Positions 29,253-41,185 of a stretch of DNA of 64,000 bases are shown in pieces. Within the stretch, counting starts at the first letter, position 1, and the number at the start of each line of letters is the position of its first letter. Below the pieces are notes generated by a model. That model was not told the origin of the DNA and made no database searches. It worked only from the letters and a program-made list of their open reading frames with translations. A program made the translations under genes and the position numbers. Origin of the DNA: Scenedesmus sp. PABB004. Lineage: Eukaryota. Location of the stretch: NCBI GenBank assembly GCA_014905635.1, contig JABVCE010000008.1:1116001-1180000 (forward strand), given 5' to 3'.

Positions 29253-29347
<95 letters not shown>

Positions 29348-29912
29348 GGCGCGGCGCTGCCGCGCAGGTGCTGGAGCTCAAGGTCGACGCGAGCAACCTG
29401 CCGCGCAAGTACACGGCCGTCGTGTACACGCACTGCTTCAACTTCCCACGCCGCCTCATCTTCTTCTTCGCCGGCGACTTCACGGCACGCACCGCGCCGC
29501 GCCGCGCCGCGCTCCACGCCGCGCCGCACGCCGCGCCGCTCGCCAGTGCCCGCGCCGCGCGCCAGCTCGCGCCCGCGGGGCGTCGGCGGCGGCGTTCACG
29601 CGTGCGCGCCCCCGCGCCCGTGCGCCGCGCACCGGTCAGGCGACCTACCTGGGCGTCACGAGCTCGCTGCCTAAGATCGACACCTATTTCATGCTCGACT
29701 GCAGCGGCGCCAAGCAGCTGCCCGGCCCAGCCACGGCCAGCAACGCGAGCGCCGGCGGCGCCGCGGCGCTGGCGCTCGAGGCGGGCGGCGCGCCGCTGGC
29801 ATACCGGGACTGGGAGCTGGACGTGCGGGAGCGCGTGCGGACGCACGGCAGCGGCGGCGGCGCGGTTGCTGCGCAGCGGCTGTGGCGGCAGCAGCGGCGG
29901 CAGCAGCGATGA
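28461..29912 (+). CDS. TMEM106-family type II membrane protein (LEA_2-like luminal domain)
   Basis: QYLTLIPLSDARLRPRRTRL followed by a TM helix ending FLAVPRGV, matching the TMEM106 LIPxSDxRLRPRRTKL...FPR pattern; downstream VFNPNYLSV. Confidence 0.75.
29233..29345 (+). repeat. (CT)n microsatellite inside an intron of the TMEM106-like gene
   Basis: Direct observation; near-perfect CT run, uninterrupted from ~29259. Confidence 0.97.
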
Positions 29913-30050
29913 TGACCCGGCGAGCGGCGCGGCGCGTCGCCTGGCGACGCCAGGCTGGCGTGCGCGCGAGGGCGGGGTGCGGGCAGCGGGGCGCTCGGTT
30001 GCAACGGCCGCCGCGCAAGCCTCGCGCGGGCCGCAGCCAGCCGGCCGCCG

Positions 30051-31426
30051 TCAGACGTCCAGGTCGTCGTCCGGGTCCTCGTCGCTGTCGGCCTCGCCCT
30101 CGCTGTCGCGCACGTACAGGATGTGCCCCAGCCGCCCCGCGCCGCCTGCGCCGGCGCCCGGGCCGTGGCCGCCCGCGGCGGGGGGCAGGTAGTCGCGCGC
30201 GTCGCCGCCCGCGTACGCCGCGCCCGCGCCCTGGTGCTGGTACGGCAGCCGCACGGCGGCCCGGGCGGCGCGCTCCTGCGCCGACACGTCCAGCCGCATG
30301 CTGCCGCCCAGCTGCTTGGCGAGCTCGGCCGCCGCGGTGCCGTGCGCCGCCGCCGCCGCCGCGCCGCCCGGCGTCTGCTGCCGCTGCGCCGCCGCTGTCG
30401 CCGCCGCGGCCTCGCGCACCGCCGCGAGCTGCCCCGCCGCTAGGGTGGTCTCGACCAGCTGCCGCGCGTCCAGCAGCGCGCCGTCGGGCGCGGCAAACGC
30501 CTCCACGCCGCCGCCGGGCAGCAGGCGGAACAGCTGCGCCTCCACTCGCAGCCGCCCCACACGCGCGCGCCGCGTGGAGGCCGTGAGCCGCCCGTGGCAG
30601 GGCCGCTTGTCTGCGGCCTTCGCGACCAGCTCCTGCAGCCCGCCCATCGGCGCCAGGGCCAGCGTCGTGCTGGCCAGCGACGTCAGCGCCGCGAGCGCCT
30701 GCGGCGCGTGCAGATCCTGCGTCGGGGCGGGGCGGGCGCGCAGGCATCGCCCGGCCCTGCGGCCGCAGCTTGCACGTGCGGTGCCCCCACTGGACAGGCC
30801 CCGCTGCGCCGGCGCGCCGCCGCACCTGGTGCAGCGAGAGCAGCACGCTCGACACGCACGGGTGCTCGCGCAGCGCGAGCAGGGCCTGCACCACCGGCAT
30901 GGTGTCGTGGCGCTGCAGCAGCATGCTCAGCCCCGCGACCGCCACGCAGGTGCCGCGCGCGTCGCCGGCGCCCGTCGCCGCCGCCCAGCCCGCCGCGTCG
31001 CTCGCCGCGAGCGCGCGCAGCGCCGCCAGGTCGGTCCAGGCCACCTGCTCCTCGCCAGCCGCCTCGCTGTCTGCCAGCCAGCCGGCGGGGTCGGAGAAGG
31101 CGTCGGTGACCCCGTGCGCGCCCGCCGCTGCCAGCGCCGACGGCGGCGTGTCCAGCGCGACGGCGTGCAGGCGCGAGGCCTGGGCGCGCCCGGCGTCAAT
31201 GGCAAACGCGGTATCGCACAGCACCTGCGGCGCGGGCGCTGCGGCTGGCCGCCGGCGCCGGGGCACGAGCGCGCGCCGCTGCTGCCGGCGCCGCGCGGCG
31301 CGGCGCGGGCACCTGCTCGAACACCGCGTGCCCGCCGACCGTCGTCGCGTCGTCCAGGATCAGCACCACCGCCGCCGCGCCGCCCTCGGCGCGGCCGTCG
31401 CGCAGGCAGCGCACCGCGGCGTCCAT
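30051..31426 (-). CDS. ELP5: Elongator complex subunit 5-like
   Basis: MDAAVRCLRDG start, DAFSDPAGW, VSSVLLSLH, SMRLDVSAQERAARAAVRLPYQHQG and terminal ILYVRDSEGEADSDEDPDDDLDV, typical of ELP5. Confidence 0.85.
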
Positions 31427-31581
31427 CGGCGGCGGCCGCCGCGCGCTCGCCGCCCGCGGCGGCGCTCGCTGCGTGCTGCTGAGGTGGCTGGCCGACTGTC
31501 GGAGCCCAGCTGCCGCGGCTGGGACACACACGCGCCACGAGGGCGTTACACCGAGGGCCCAGCGCGCGCTGCGCCCCGCGG

Positions 31582-32757
31582 TCACACGTCGAGCACGCGC
31601 CGCCCGCTGCGCTGCGTCGCCGGCTGCAACGGCGCGCCGTGCTGCGTGGCGGGCTGCTGGCGGCGCGCGGCCTGCTTCTGCAGCCGCAGCACGCGCCGGG
31701 AGGGCCGCAGGCTTGCCTCGCCGATGCGGTGCGACGCGCCGGCCATGGGGCACTCGGTCGACCCGCCCCCGCGCCGGATCGCGTCCCGAATCGCGGCGGC
31801 CTCGTACACAAACCCCACCTGGTCCTCCACCGGCTCCTCCAGGTCCAGCAGCTGCGCGACGCGCGGCGCGCGGCGGCCGGCGGTCGGCCGCTGCTCGCGC
31901 CCGCGCAGGCGCCGCACGGCACGGCACCGCGCGCCCGCGCGCCACTGCGTGCCCGCGGCCGCCGCACCGTGCGCATGGTGTAGGGGCACTTTTGGTTCTT
32001 CTCTGCGCCGCCCACGACCACCAGCTCCGCGTCGTCGTCCTCCTCCAGCGCGTCGCCGCCGCCCGCGCCGGCGTCGCCGGCGATGGCATCAAACTCCTCC
32101 ACGTCGCCGTCGCGCTCGGGGCGCCCCCTGCGGGGCGGCGCCGGCGGCGGGCCACGGCGTCTCGGAGCCGCGCCGCCGGCGCCGGAGCGCGCGCGCCGCG
32201 CGCGCCGCGCCCGCGCCCGCGCCGCACGTCGCGCCGGCGGCCGGTGTGCGCTGCTGCAGCGCCGCCGCAAAGTCGGTCTTCTCCAGCGACGGCTGGTAGC
32301 TCGCGGCCAGCGACGCGAGCGCGCCCTGGTGCGCGGCGACCTGCTGCTGCGCCTCCACCAGGCGCAGCAGCTGCTGCCGCAGGCCCTGGAGCTGCGGCGG
32401 CGGGCGGCGGCGGCCGGGCGGGCCTCGCCGCGGCTGCGCGGTACCGCGCAGCCCGCACCGGTGCGGGCTGCAGCCGACCGCGCCCCGCGAGCGCACCTTG
32501 GCGCTGTCTTGCTCGTCGGCGTACAGCTGCGCCGCCTCGATCACCGCGTCCTTGCAGGCCTTGATGCTCTGGCGGCGGCGCGCGCGGACGCGACCAGAGC
32601 GTCGGGCCGCCGCCCGCTGCGGGGGGCCGCTGAGCCACAGGGGCGGGGTCCTCGCCCGCACCTGCAGCATGACCACGTCGCGCTGCTGCATCGGCGCGAG
32701 GTGGCTCGTGAGCCCGCGCGCCGACAGGTGCGCCGCCGCGTCCGCCGCCTGGCTCAT
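31582..32757 (-). CDS. MMS21: NSE2/MMS21-like SMC5/6 SUMO ligase (coiled-coil plus SP-RING-like)
   Basis: Helical N-terminus, acidic EEDDDAELVVV, KCPYTMRT|LLDLEEPVEDQVGFVYEAAAI...ECPMAG. Confidence 0.7.
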
Positions 32758-33114
32758 GGCGGCAGTGCTGGGCGGCGCCTGCGATCCCGCACGGGAGCTG
32801 GCCAGGCGCTGCGGTGCTGTGGCGGCGGGCGGCGCCGCTCGGCTCTGGCGGCGCGCGAGCGCCCGCCCTGCAGCCGCTGCCGCCCAGGCGCGGCGCTCGG
32901 CCGTTCGACGGGCGGGCTGTGCGTGCGTCCCAGTCGGCGGCTGGCTGGGCGAGCAGGCGCTCGCCTACAGTCAAGCCGCGCCGCCGGCTTCAAACGGCGG
33001 GGCGCGCTGCTGCCGCGCGCGCTGCAGCGGCCGCTGCGGCGCGCGCACGCTGAGCGGGCAGCTGCTGGTGCTGCCGCTGGTGCTGCTGCCTGGGCGCTGC
33101 GGGTTGTGACTGGG
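32732..33114 (-). repeat. Copy A of an inverted duplication (NSE2 upstream region plus first codons)
   Basis: Reverse complement aligns with 40857-41179, with substitutions and indels. Confidence 0.9.
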
Positions 33115-33320
33115 GAGCACACGGGCGGTCGCGGCTTCCGCGCAGCGCGGCCCGCCGCCTGAGGCCTGAGCCGGGCGCCGCCGCCGGGTCAGGCCGTCTG
33201 CCGCCCGCCCACGCCGCACGTGCAGACCTGCCTCGGCTCCTGCTCCCTCGCTGCGCAGCCCGGTTTGCGGCTCTCGATCGACGGTGTCGCGCGCGCCGCC
33301 ACAGTGCCATCACTGTGCAA

Positions 33321-34742
33321 ATGCACGCCCTGCGGCACGCGGCGCCCGGCGCCGCCGCTTGCACGCAGCAACGCTGCCTGGCCGCGTGCCCAGGTGCGCC
33401 GGCGGCTGCCTCCTGCGCCGCGACGCCCCGATCTGGCCGCGAGCGCGCTGCTGCCGCTGCCGCCGCCGCTCCGCACCGCAGGGCTGCGCGTGGGACCGCG
33501 GCAGCAGCGCCATGGCAGCCGCCTGGTGGTCAGGAGCACCCAGGCGAGCGGGCGCGGGCGGGGGCGTGGCGCGGGCGGGGGCGTGGCGCGGGCTGCGCGT
33601 GCTGGCGCGCGGCGCCGCTGCCGCGAGCGACGCTGCTGGGCGCTGCCGCGTCGCAGGGCGCGGAGCTGCTGCGCCAGGCGCGGGTCAAGTACGCCGCCAA
33701 GGACATGATGGGCGCGCTGAAGCTGTATGAAGACGTGCTGGCAAAGGTGGGCCCACGGCGGTGGGCGACTGGGCGGCGCCGGCGCCTGCACCGGCCGCAG
33801 CAGCACACGCGGTCGCGCGCGCGCGCGCGCCGCAGGAGGACTCGACCACGCGCCAGCGGCAGGAGGCGCTCTACGCCAGCACGGCGGTGCACGCGGCGTT
33901 TGGGGACGTCGAGCTGGCGCAGATCACGCTGCGAGGTGGGCGGCGCCGGCGCCGGCGGCGCCGGCGACGCCGGCGGCATCTGCCGCGGCGGGGGCCGCGG
34001 GCAGGGCGCCACCGCGCCGCGGCCTGACAAAGCGCTGCCGTCCACCGCCGCGCCGCGCCGCCGCGGCCGCGGCGCAGAGGCCATCAAGCAGGGGCTGGAC
34101 TTCGAGCAGGCGCTGCAGGACCCAGACATGGTGGAGCTGGTCACGTCGCCGCAGGTCGGCGGCGCGCGCCGCCGCGGGCGGGCGGGGCGCTGGGGGAGGC
34201 AGCCGTGCGCGGGAGGAGAAGCAGCCGGGCGCGCCTCGCCCTGCCCAGCGGCGTGGCACCGCCAACGGCGCGCCACCGCGCCCCGCCGCGCGCAGGTGCT
34301 GATCCAGCTCAAGCGCTTCAACCAGTCGGCGCAGGCGGCGCTGACGGCGCGCAGCCGCGCAAAGGCCAAGGCGACGATCAGCGGCAGCAGACCCGGCGCC
34401 GGCGCGGGCGCGCGCACCAAGCCGGGCGGCGCGCCGCTGGGGCAGGACCTGGGCAGCATCCTGGGCACGCCGGACAGCGACACGGCCGCGATCGACACGA
34501 GCGTGGGAGGTGCGGGCTCGCCGGCGCGCGCGAGCCGCTGGGCGCAGCTGCTGCGAGCGCTGCTGTGAGCGCGGCCGCCGGCCGCTCGCCGCCGCGCGCG
34601 CTCACGGCCGCCGCCACGGCTCGGCTCGCGGCCGCCGCCCGCAGCGATCGTCCGGCGCGTGCTGCTGGTGCTGCTGGTGGGCGTGGGCCTGGGGACGGCG
34701 TTGTTCTTCGCCGGCCTGGAAACGCTCTTCCCGAAGTACTGA
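33321..34742 (+). CDS. Putative plastid TPR-like protein with C-terminal transmembrane anchor
   Basis: Transit-like N-terminus; GAELLRQARVKYAAKDMMGALKLYEDVL, ALYASTAVHAAFGDVELAQITLR, AIKQGLDFEQALQDPD; C-terminal VLLVLLVGVGLGTALFFAGLETLFPKY*. Confidence 0.65.
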
Positions 34743-35030
34743 CCGGACGGCGGGCGGCTGCGGCGGTGCTGTGTGGCGCTGTACAGCGCCAGACATGTGT
34801 GGCAGCGTGTGGCAGCGTGTGGCGGCGGGCGCGTTGCGCGGTTGTGTGCGTCGCCGCCGGCGGAGCGAGTAAATTAAACCCGGCGCACCCGTTTCGGCGC
34901 CCGCGCGTCGCGCGCCCCGCGCGCCGCGCATCGCAGCGCGGCATGATATTGACAGTGCTGCTGCAAGGAAGGAAGGCAGGCGCGCGGCACTCAGCGGGGG
35001 CGAAGGAGATCCCCCCGCGGCCGCCCAGGG

Positions 35031-37392
35031 TCAGCTGGGGATGCAGGAGCAGCTGCAGTTGCTCGCGCGCGGGAAGGGGTTGACCTCGCCGACCGCCGCG
35101 CAGAAGCTCGAGAGGCGCAGCAGCACGTCGCGCGTGCAGTCGGGGCTCGCCTGCGCCTCGTTCGCGCACTGCAGCCGCCCGACGCGGAACGACTCGGTCT
35201 GGTTCCACGTGGGGATGACGCCCCGGTTGGCCATGAGCCCGAGCGGGCTCGCTGAGGGGCAGCCCTTGGTGACGTAGACGTAGCCGTCCACGCTGCCGCC
35301 GCCGACGCCCCAGCTGTTCTTGAGCTGCCAGTACTCGGAGCCGTTGAAAAAGGTGAAGGGCTCGGCCGACCCCGGCGCGGGCGGGCCGGCGCGGACCTGC
35401 ACGTTGTACCCGACCGCGAGCAGCGCGTGGTTGGCGGAGCGCGAGCGCATGTTGCAGCCCAGGTAGCCGGCGCGGTAGCTCTGCAGCCACGCCGCGTCGA
35501 CCGAGACCTTGGCCGGCGTGCGGCTCAGCGCCTGGCCGAGCGCAAACTCGTTCGCCGGCACCCACGCCCAGCCGGTGATGCCGGTGCGCACGGGGTGGTA
35601 CTGCCCAACCGCGCACGTCCCGCCGGCGCCGCCCGGGGCGCGGCTGGTGGGGTAGGCGCCGTACGACGGCGCGACGTCCGACCCCACCGCCGCGACGCCG
35701 TTGCAGGCGAGGCCGTTGAGCACGACGTGCACGTCGCCGCCGCCGGCGCAGGTGCCGGCGGAGAAGCAGTCGGCGATCTGGGCCTCGGAGAGGTCGCGCG
35801 CGGTGCCGTTGTAGCCTTGCATCAGCATCGTGCTCTCCGCGAGCGCGGCCGCGACAAACGCGTAGCTGTCTGCGCACGCGCCCGACTGCGCGGCGACGCG
35901 GCTCACCGCGCCGGCGCGGAGCCAGTCGACCGAGCGGAAGGGCAGCACGCGCGCGTACGGGAACGGCACCTGCTTGGAGCACGGCCGCGCCGCCGCCGCG
36001 GCGAGCGCCTCGGGCGGCGTGCCCCGCCCGCCGGCGCCGCGCCGGCTGCCCCAGGCGCCGCGCCGGCGGCCCCGGGCGCCGCGCCGGCAGCCCCCGGCGC
36101 CGCGCCCGGCGTCTGCGCCAGCCGGCGCAGGCTGGCCCACAGCGGCGCGGCGAGCGCGCCCGGCAGCGCGCCGGCGTCGCCGCCGTCCACGCCGGGGGCG
36201 GCCCCGCCGCGCCAGGGCAGCAGCAGCCAGTCCCACGCCGCGCGCAGCCAGCGCAGCGGCCAGGCGCCCTGCGCCGCCGGCGCGGCCTGCAGCAGGTGGC
36301 GGCCGCCCAGGGGGGCACCGCCCATGTACTGCGGCGGCCGCGGCTGCGCGCCTTGGCTGCCACCGCCGCCGCCGCCGCCGCCACCGCTGCCTCTGCTGCC
36401 GCCGCTGCTGCCCACCCAGAAGGGCCCCGACGTCGAGCCCCCCGGCGGCGCGCCGCCGCCCGGAGGCGCGCCGCCGCCCGCGCCGCCCGGAGGCGCCGGG
36501 CCGCCGCCGCCGCCGCCGCCGGGGCCGCCGCCGCCGGGCCCGCCCGGCCCCGTGGCGTTGGCGCTCGCGTTTGCCGCCGCCGCTGCCTCGGCCGCCGCCG
36601 CCGCGTTGGCCGCCGCGAGCGCCGCCGCGCCGGGGCTGGCGAGCAGCTGCGGGCGGTCCGGCCAGACGGAGATCGACGCGTCGTCCTGCGCGTCGCCCGT
36701 CCAGCGCGCCAGGAACTCGTCCGCCGTGAGCATGGAGAAGCGGTTCAGGCCAAACTGGGGCGGAGCGGCGGCGGCGCCGGGCGGCGGCGGCGTCAGGCGG
36801 CGGCTGCGGCCGCAGAGAGAGAGGCCGGTGGCCACGCGGCTGCCGGCTGGCAAGGCGCGCGCGCTGGCTGCGCACCGCGACCTCCGCGCCCGCGATCGCG
36901 TTGAGCTGCGCCGCGCGCGCGAGGTTGGCATCAAACACCGCCCGCCGCGCGGCCGCCTCGGACGCCGAGGCAAAGGAGACGTTCCACTGCGCCACCCACG
37001 CCGCCCACGCCGCGCCGGGGTCGGCCGCCGCGGCCGCGGTCTTGTTCCTGCGCGGCGCAGCGCGCGCGGCGCGTGAGCCGCCGCCCGGGCGCGGGCCGCG
37101 GGCCGCGCGCCGCAGCACGCGCCGCCGCCCACCGCTCGGCCGCCACGGCGCGCAGGATGCGCTGCGTCTCGCTTGCGCGGTCCAGGTCCGAGAAGCCCGC
37201 CGGCCAGGTGCCGCCGTTGTCGACCCAGGGCTCGCCCAGCTGCAGCACGCGCCGCGCGCCGCCCGGCGCCGGCGCCGCTGCTGCCGCCAGCTCCCCCGGC
37301 GGCGGCGCGCCGGCCGCCGCCGGCCACGCCGCGGCGCCCAGCGCCAGCAGCGCGATCAGAAGCGGCGCCAGGCCGCGCGGCGCGGCCGCCAT
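35031..37392 (-). CDS. Secreted papain-like (C1A) protein with I29 prodomain; catalytic Cys replaced by Ser
   Basis: Signal peptide; ERFNIN-like EAAARRAVFDANLARAAQLN; FGLNRFSMLTADEF; SVDWLRAGAV, QSGACADSYAF, LSEAQIADC, NHALLAVGY, YWQLKNSWG. Frame break near 36022. Confidence 0.85.
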
Positions 37393-37635
37393 GGCCGCTA
37401 GGCGTCGCCGGGGCGCGCCGGCATGGGGGCCGGCTGCCAACGACGCCGACGCAGCGCGCGGAGCTCCCGCGGGGCCGGGATCGCGCTGGCTGAGCTGCTT
37501 TGGAATGTCTGACCGAGTGCGCGCGCAGCTCGCGGCCACGCAGCGCTCGCTGCTGCCACGCTGCTGCTGCCGCCTGCCACGCCTCGTACGGGACCGCCCG
37601 ATGGCGCGTTGAGTCACTGTGGAGCTGCGGGATGC

Positions 37636-37730
37636 CGGAAAAAGCGGCGCCGATGCTTCGCGAGCGCACCGGAGCGCGCTGGAAGTCGCGCGAATCATCG
37701 GCGAGCCAGGCCCCCTCCAGGGTACAAAAG
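37636..37730 (+). promoter_or_regulatory. Putative degenerate heat-shock elements and TATA-like box upstream of HSP70 (divergent promoter shared with the C1A gene)
   Basis: GAA/TTC units with ~10-bp spacing (cGGAAa, gcTTCg, tGGAAgtcgcgcGAAtcaTCg) and TACAAAA at ~37723, about 120 nt before the ATG. Confidence 0.4.
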
Positions 37731-37844
37731 CGCCCGCCCCCGCCCCCGTCGCCACTCTCGGCCCTCGCACGCACGCACGACAAGCACCTTGCGCACTCAC
37801 GCACGCGACGCACGCGGCCTACAGCGAGCAGCAACTTTCAACAC

Positions 37845-38664
37845 ATGGCGCGCGAGGGCCCCGCCATCGGCATCGACTTGGGGACCACATACTCGTGAGT
37901 TGCACGCCCCGCCGCGCGCTGCCGACGCCCGTGCGTGCAGCCGCGACGCCTGTGCGCCGCGGCGTGCAGCTGCGCGCTGCCCCGCTCCGGCGCCTTCTGC
38001 CGCCGCCGCTCACCGCTGCTCACCGCTGCCTCCGCCGGCCGCAGGTGCGTGGGCGTGTGGCAGAATGACCGCGTGGAGATCATCGCCAACGACCAGGGCA
38101 ACCGCACGACGCCCAGCTATGTCGCGTTCACAGACACTGAGCGCCTAATCGGCGACGCGGCCAAGAACCAGGTCGCCATGAACCCGCGCAACACGGTCTT
38201 TGACGCCAAGCGCATGGTGCGCGCGCGCGCCGAGGGAGCGGCGGCTGCGCAGGGGGCGCGCGCGCGCCGCCCGCCCGCGTCGCGCGCCGCCCGCGTCGCG
38301 CGCCGCCCGCGTCGCGCGCCGCCCGCATCGCGCGCCGCCCGCCCGCTCACCCCGCTCACCCCGCCCGCCGCGCGCGCAGATCGGCCGCCACTACAGCGAC
38401 CCGCTGCTCCAGGAGGACGCCAAGCACTGGCCCTTTGCGATCAAGGCCGCGCCCGGGGACAAGCCGGCAATCGAGGTGACGCACAAGAACGAGGCCAAGA
38501 CGTTCAGCCCCGAGGAGATCAGCTCCATGGTCCTCACCAAGATGCGGGACATCGCGCAGGCCTACGTCGGCCTTGACCGGCCCATCAAGAAGGCGGTCAT
38601 CACGGTGCCCGCCTACTTCAACGACTCGCAGCGCCAGGCGACCAAGGACGCGGGCGCGATCGCG

Positions 38665-38699
<35 letters not shown>

Positions 38700-40540
38700 C
38701 GCCGCCGCGATCGCGTACGGCCTCGACAAGAAGTCCGCGGGCGCGACCGGCGAGCGCAACGTGAGCAGCCGCGGCGCGCGGCGGGGGCGGCGGGCTGCGC
38801 GGGCGCGGGGCCGCGCGGGCGCGGGGCCGCGCGGGCGGGCTGCGCGGGCCAGCCGCTGACCCGCTCTGCGCTGTCGCCGCTGCCGCGCGCAGGTGCTGAT
38901 CTTTGACCTCGGCGGCGGCACGTTTGACGTGTCGCTGCTGTCGATCGACGACGGCATCTTTGAGGTCAAGGCCACCGCCGGCGACACGCACCTGGGCGGC
39001 GAGGACTTTGACAACCGCCTGGTCAACCACTTTGTGCAGGAGTTCAAGCGCAAGAACAAGAAGGACATCAGCGACAACCCGCGCTCCCTGCGCCGCCTGC
39101 GCACCGCGTGCGAGCGCGCGAAGCGCACGCTCTCGAGCGCGGCGCAGACGTCGATCGAGCTCGACTCCCTCTACGAGGGCATCGACTTTTACTCCACCAT
39201 CACGCGCGCGCGCTTCGAGGAGCTCTGCATGGACCTCTTCAGGTGCGTGCACGCGCGGCGCGGGGGGCGCTGCGCGCGGCGGGGCGCTGCGGGCGGGGCA
39301 CTGCTGCGCGCGCGCCGCCCGCCCGCCCGCCGCCCTCCGGCCGCGCGCGCTGACCCGCCCCACCCGGCCCGTCGCCGCTGTGCGCCGTGCGCTCGCAGGA
39401 AGTGCATGGACCCGGTGGAGAAGGTGCTGAAGGACGCCAAGATCGACAAGGCCGGCGTGCACGACGTCGTGCTTGTCGGCGGCTCGACGCGCATCCCCAA
39501 GGTGCAGGCGCTGCTGCAGGACTTCTTCAACGGCAAGGAGCTGTGCAAGTCGATCAACCCCGACGAGGCCGTCGCGTACGGCGCCGCCGTGCAGGCCGCG
39601 ATCCTGACGGGCGAGGGCGGCAGCAAGGTGCAGGACCTGCTGCTGCTGGACGTGACGCCGCTGAGCCTCGGCATCGAGACCGCGGGCGGCGTGATGACGG
39701 CGCTCATCCCGCGCAACACGACCATCCCGACCAAGAAGGAGCAGGTGTTCTCCACCTTTGCCGACAACCAGCCCGGCGTGCTCATCCAGGTCTACGAGGG
39801 CGAGCGCAAGATGACGCGCGACAACAACCTGCTCGGCAAGTTTGAGCTCTCCGGCATCCCCCCCGCGCCGCGCGGCGTGCCCCAGATCAGCGTCGTGTTT
39901 GACATCGACGCCAACGGCATCCTCAACGTCTCGGCCGAGGACAAGACGACCGGCAAGAGCAGCAAGATCACCATCACCAACGACAAGGGCCGCCTCAGCA
40001 AGGACGACATCGAGCGCATGGTCCAGGAGGTGCGCGGCCGCGCCGCCGCCGCCGCACCGCGGCTGCAGCTGCAGCAGCCGGGCCGGGCCGCCTGCGCCCG
40101 CCGGCCTGCGCCCGCCCTGCGCGCCCGCCCGGCCGCGCGCTCACGCGCCCACGCCCGCGCCCACGCCCGTGCCCCCGCAGGCTGAGAAGTTCAAGAGCGA
40201 GGACGAGGCGCAGGCGGCGCGCGTGGAGGCGAAGAACGGGCTGGAGAACTATGCGTACGGCCTGCGCAACTCGCTGCGCGATGACAAGGTCGGCGGGGCG
40301 CTCGCGCCCGACGACAAGGCCAAGGCCGAGGCCGCGATCGACGCGGCGCTCAAGTGGCTCGAGGCCAACCAGCTCGCCGACGTCGAGGAGTTCACGCACC
40401 AGCAGAAGGAGCTCGAGGGCGTGTGCGCGCCGATCATCGCGCGCCTCTACCAGGGCGGCGCCGCGCCCGGCGGCATGCCCGGCGCCGGCATGGGCGGCGG
40501 CGGCGCGGCGGGCGGCCCCTCGGTGGAGGAGGTCGACTGA
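37845..40540 (+). CDS. HSP70: Cytosolic heat shock protein 70
   Basis: [57 protein letters not shown], terminal GPSVEEVD. Confidence 0.99.
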
Positions 40541-40818
40541 GCGCCGCGCGCCGCCGCTTGGTGATGCGCGCACGGCGCGCGGGCTGCCCTCTGCGCCCTC
40601 CCGCCTGCGCGCGCGCTGCATGGTGCTGCCCCAGTCAGTCCGGGCGCCCGTGCACGTGCTTGTACAGTGGTGCTGTTGATGCTGCTGGCAGGACTGCCCA
40701 TTATTTGCTTCCAGCGTAGGGGGAGAGGGTTGGTGAGCGCGAGCGAGGGACAGCCGGCGGCGGCGGGGCCGCACGTCACTGCAAGACCGTGAACCCCAGG
40801 GGCCCCGCCGCCGCCGCG

Positions 40819-40823
40819 TGTAA
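40819..40823 (+). terminator. Chlorophyte-type polyadenylation signal TGTAA (HSP70 3' UTR); similar sites at 11077(+), 46396(+), 3343(-), 31546(-), 57735(-)
   Basis: TGTAA is rare in this GC-rich sequence and occurs downstream of stop codons on the correct strand. Confidence 0.6.
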
Positions 40824-40856
40824 CCGCACGACCGGTACCTGCGCCCTTGCCCTGAA

Positions 40857-41185
40857 CCCAGCCACAGCCCGCAGCGCACAGGCAGCAGCAGCAGCAGCAC
40901 CAGCAGCTGCCCGCTCAGCGAGCGCTGAGCGGCCGCTGCGGCGGGCTGGTCAGCAGGCGCCCCGAGCCAGCCCCCGCTGGCCGGGACGCACCCACAGCCC
41001 GCCCGTCGAGCGGCCGAGGCTGGGCGGCAGCGGCTGCAGGGCGGGCGCTCGCACGCCGCCAGAGCCGAGCCGCGGCGCCCGCCGCCACAGCGCCGCAGCG
41101 CCTGGCCAGCTCCCGCGCGGGAGCGCAGGCGCCGCCCGACACCGCCGCCCATGATGAGCCAGGCGGCGGACGCGGCGGCTGTCTT
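40857..41185 (+). pseudogene. Truncated inverted copy of the NSE2 5' region (copy B): upstream sequence plus MSQAADAAA then VLAP-stop
   Basis: atgagccaggcggcggacgcggcggc at 41154-41179 is identical to the NSE2 start; TAA follows at 41193-41195. Confidence 0.75.

Noticed and set aside
32732..41179. Inverted repeats as termini of a DNA transposon
   Set aside because: No transposase and no visible target-site duplication; the repeat is host gene 5' sequence.
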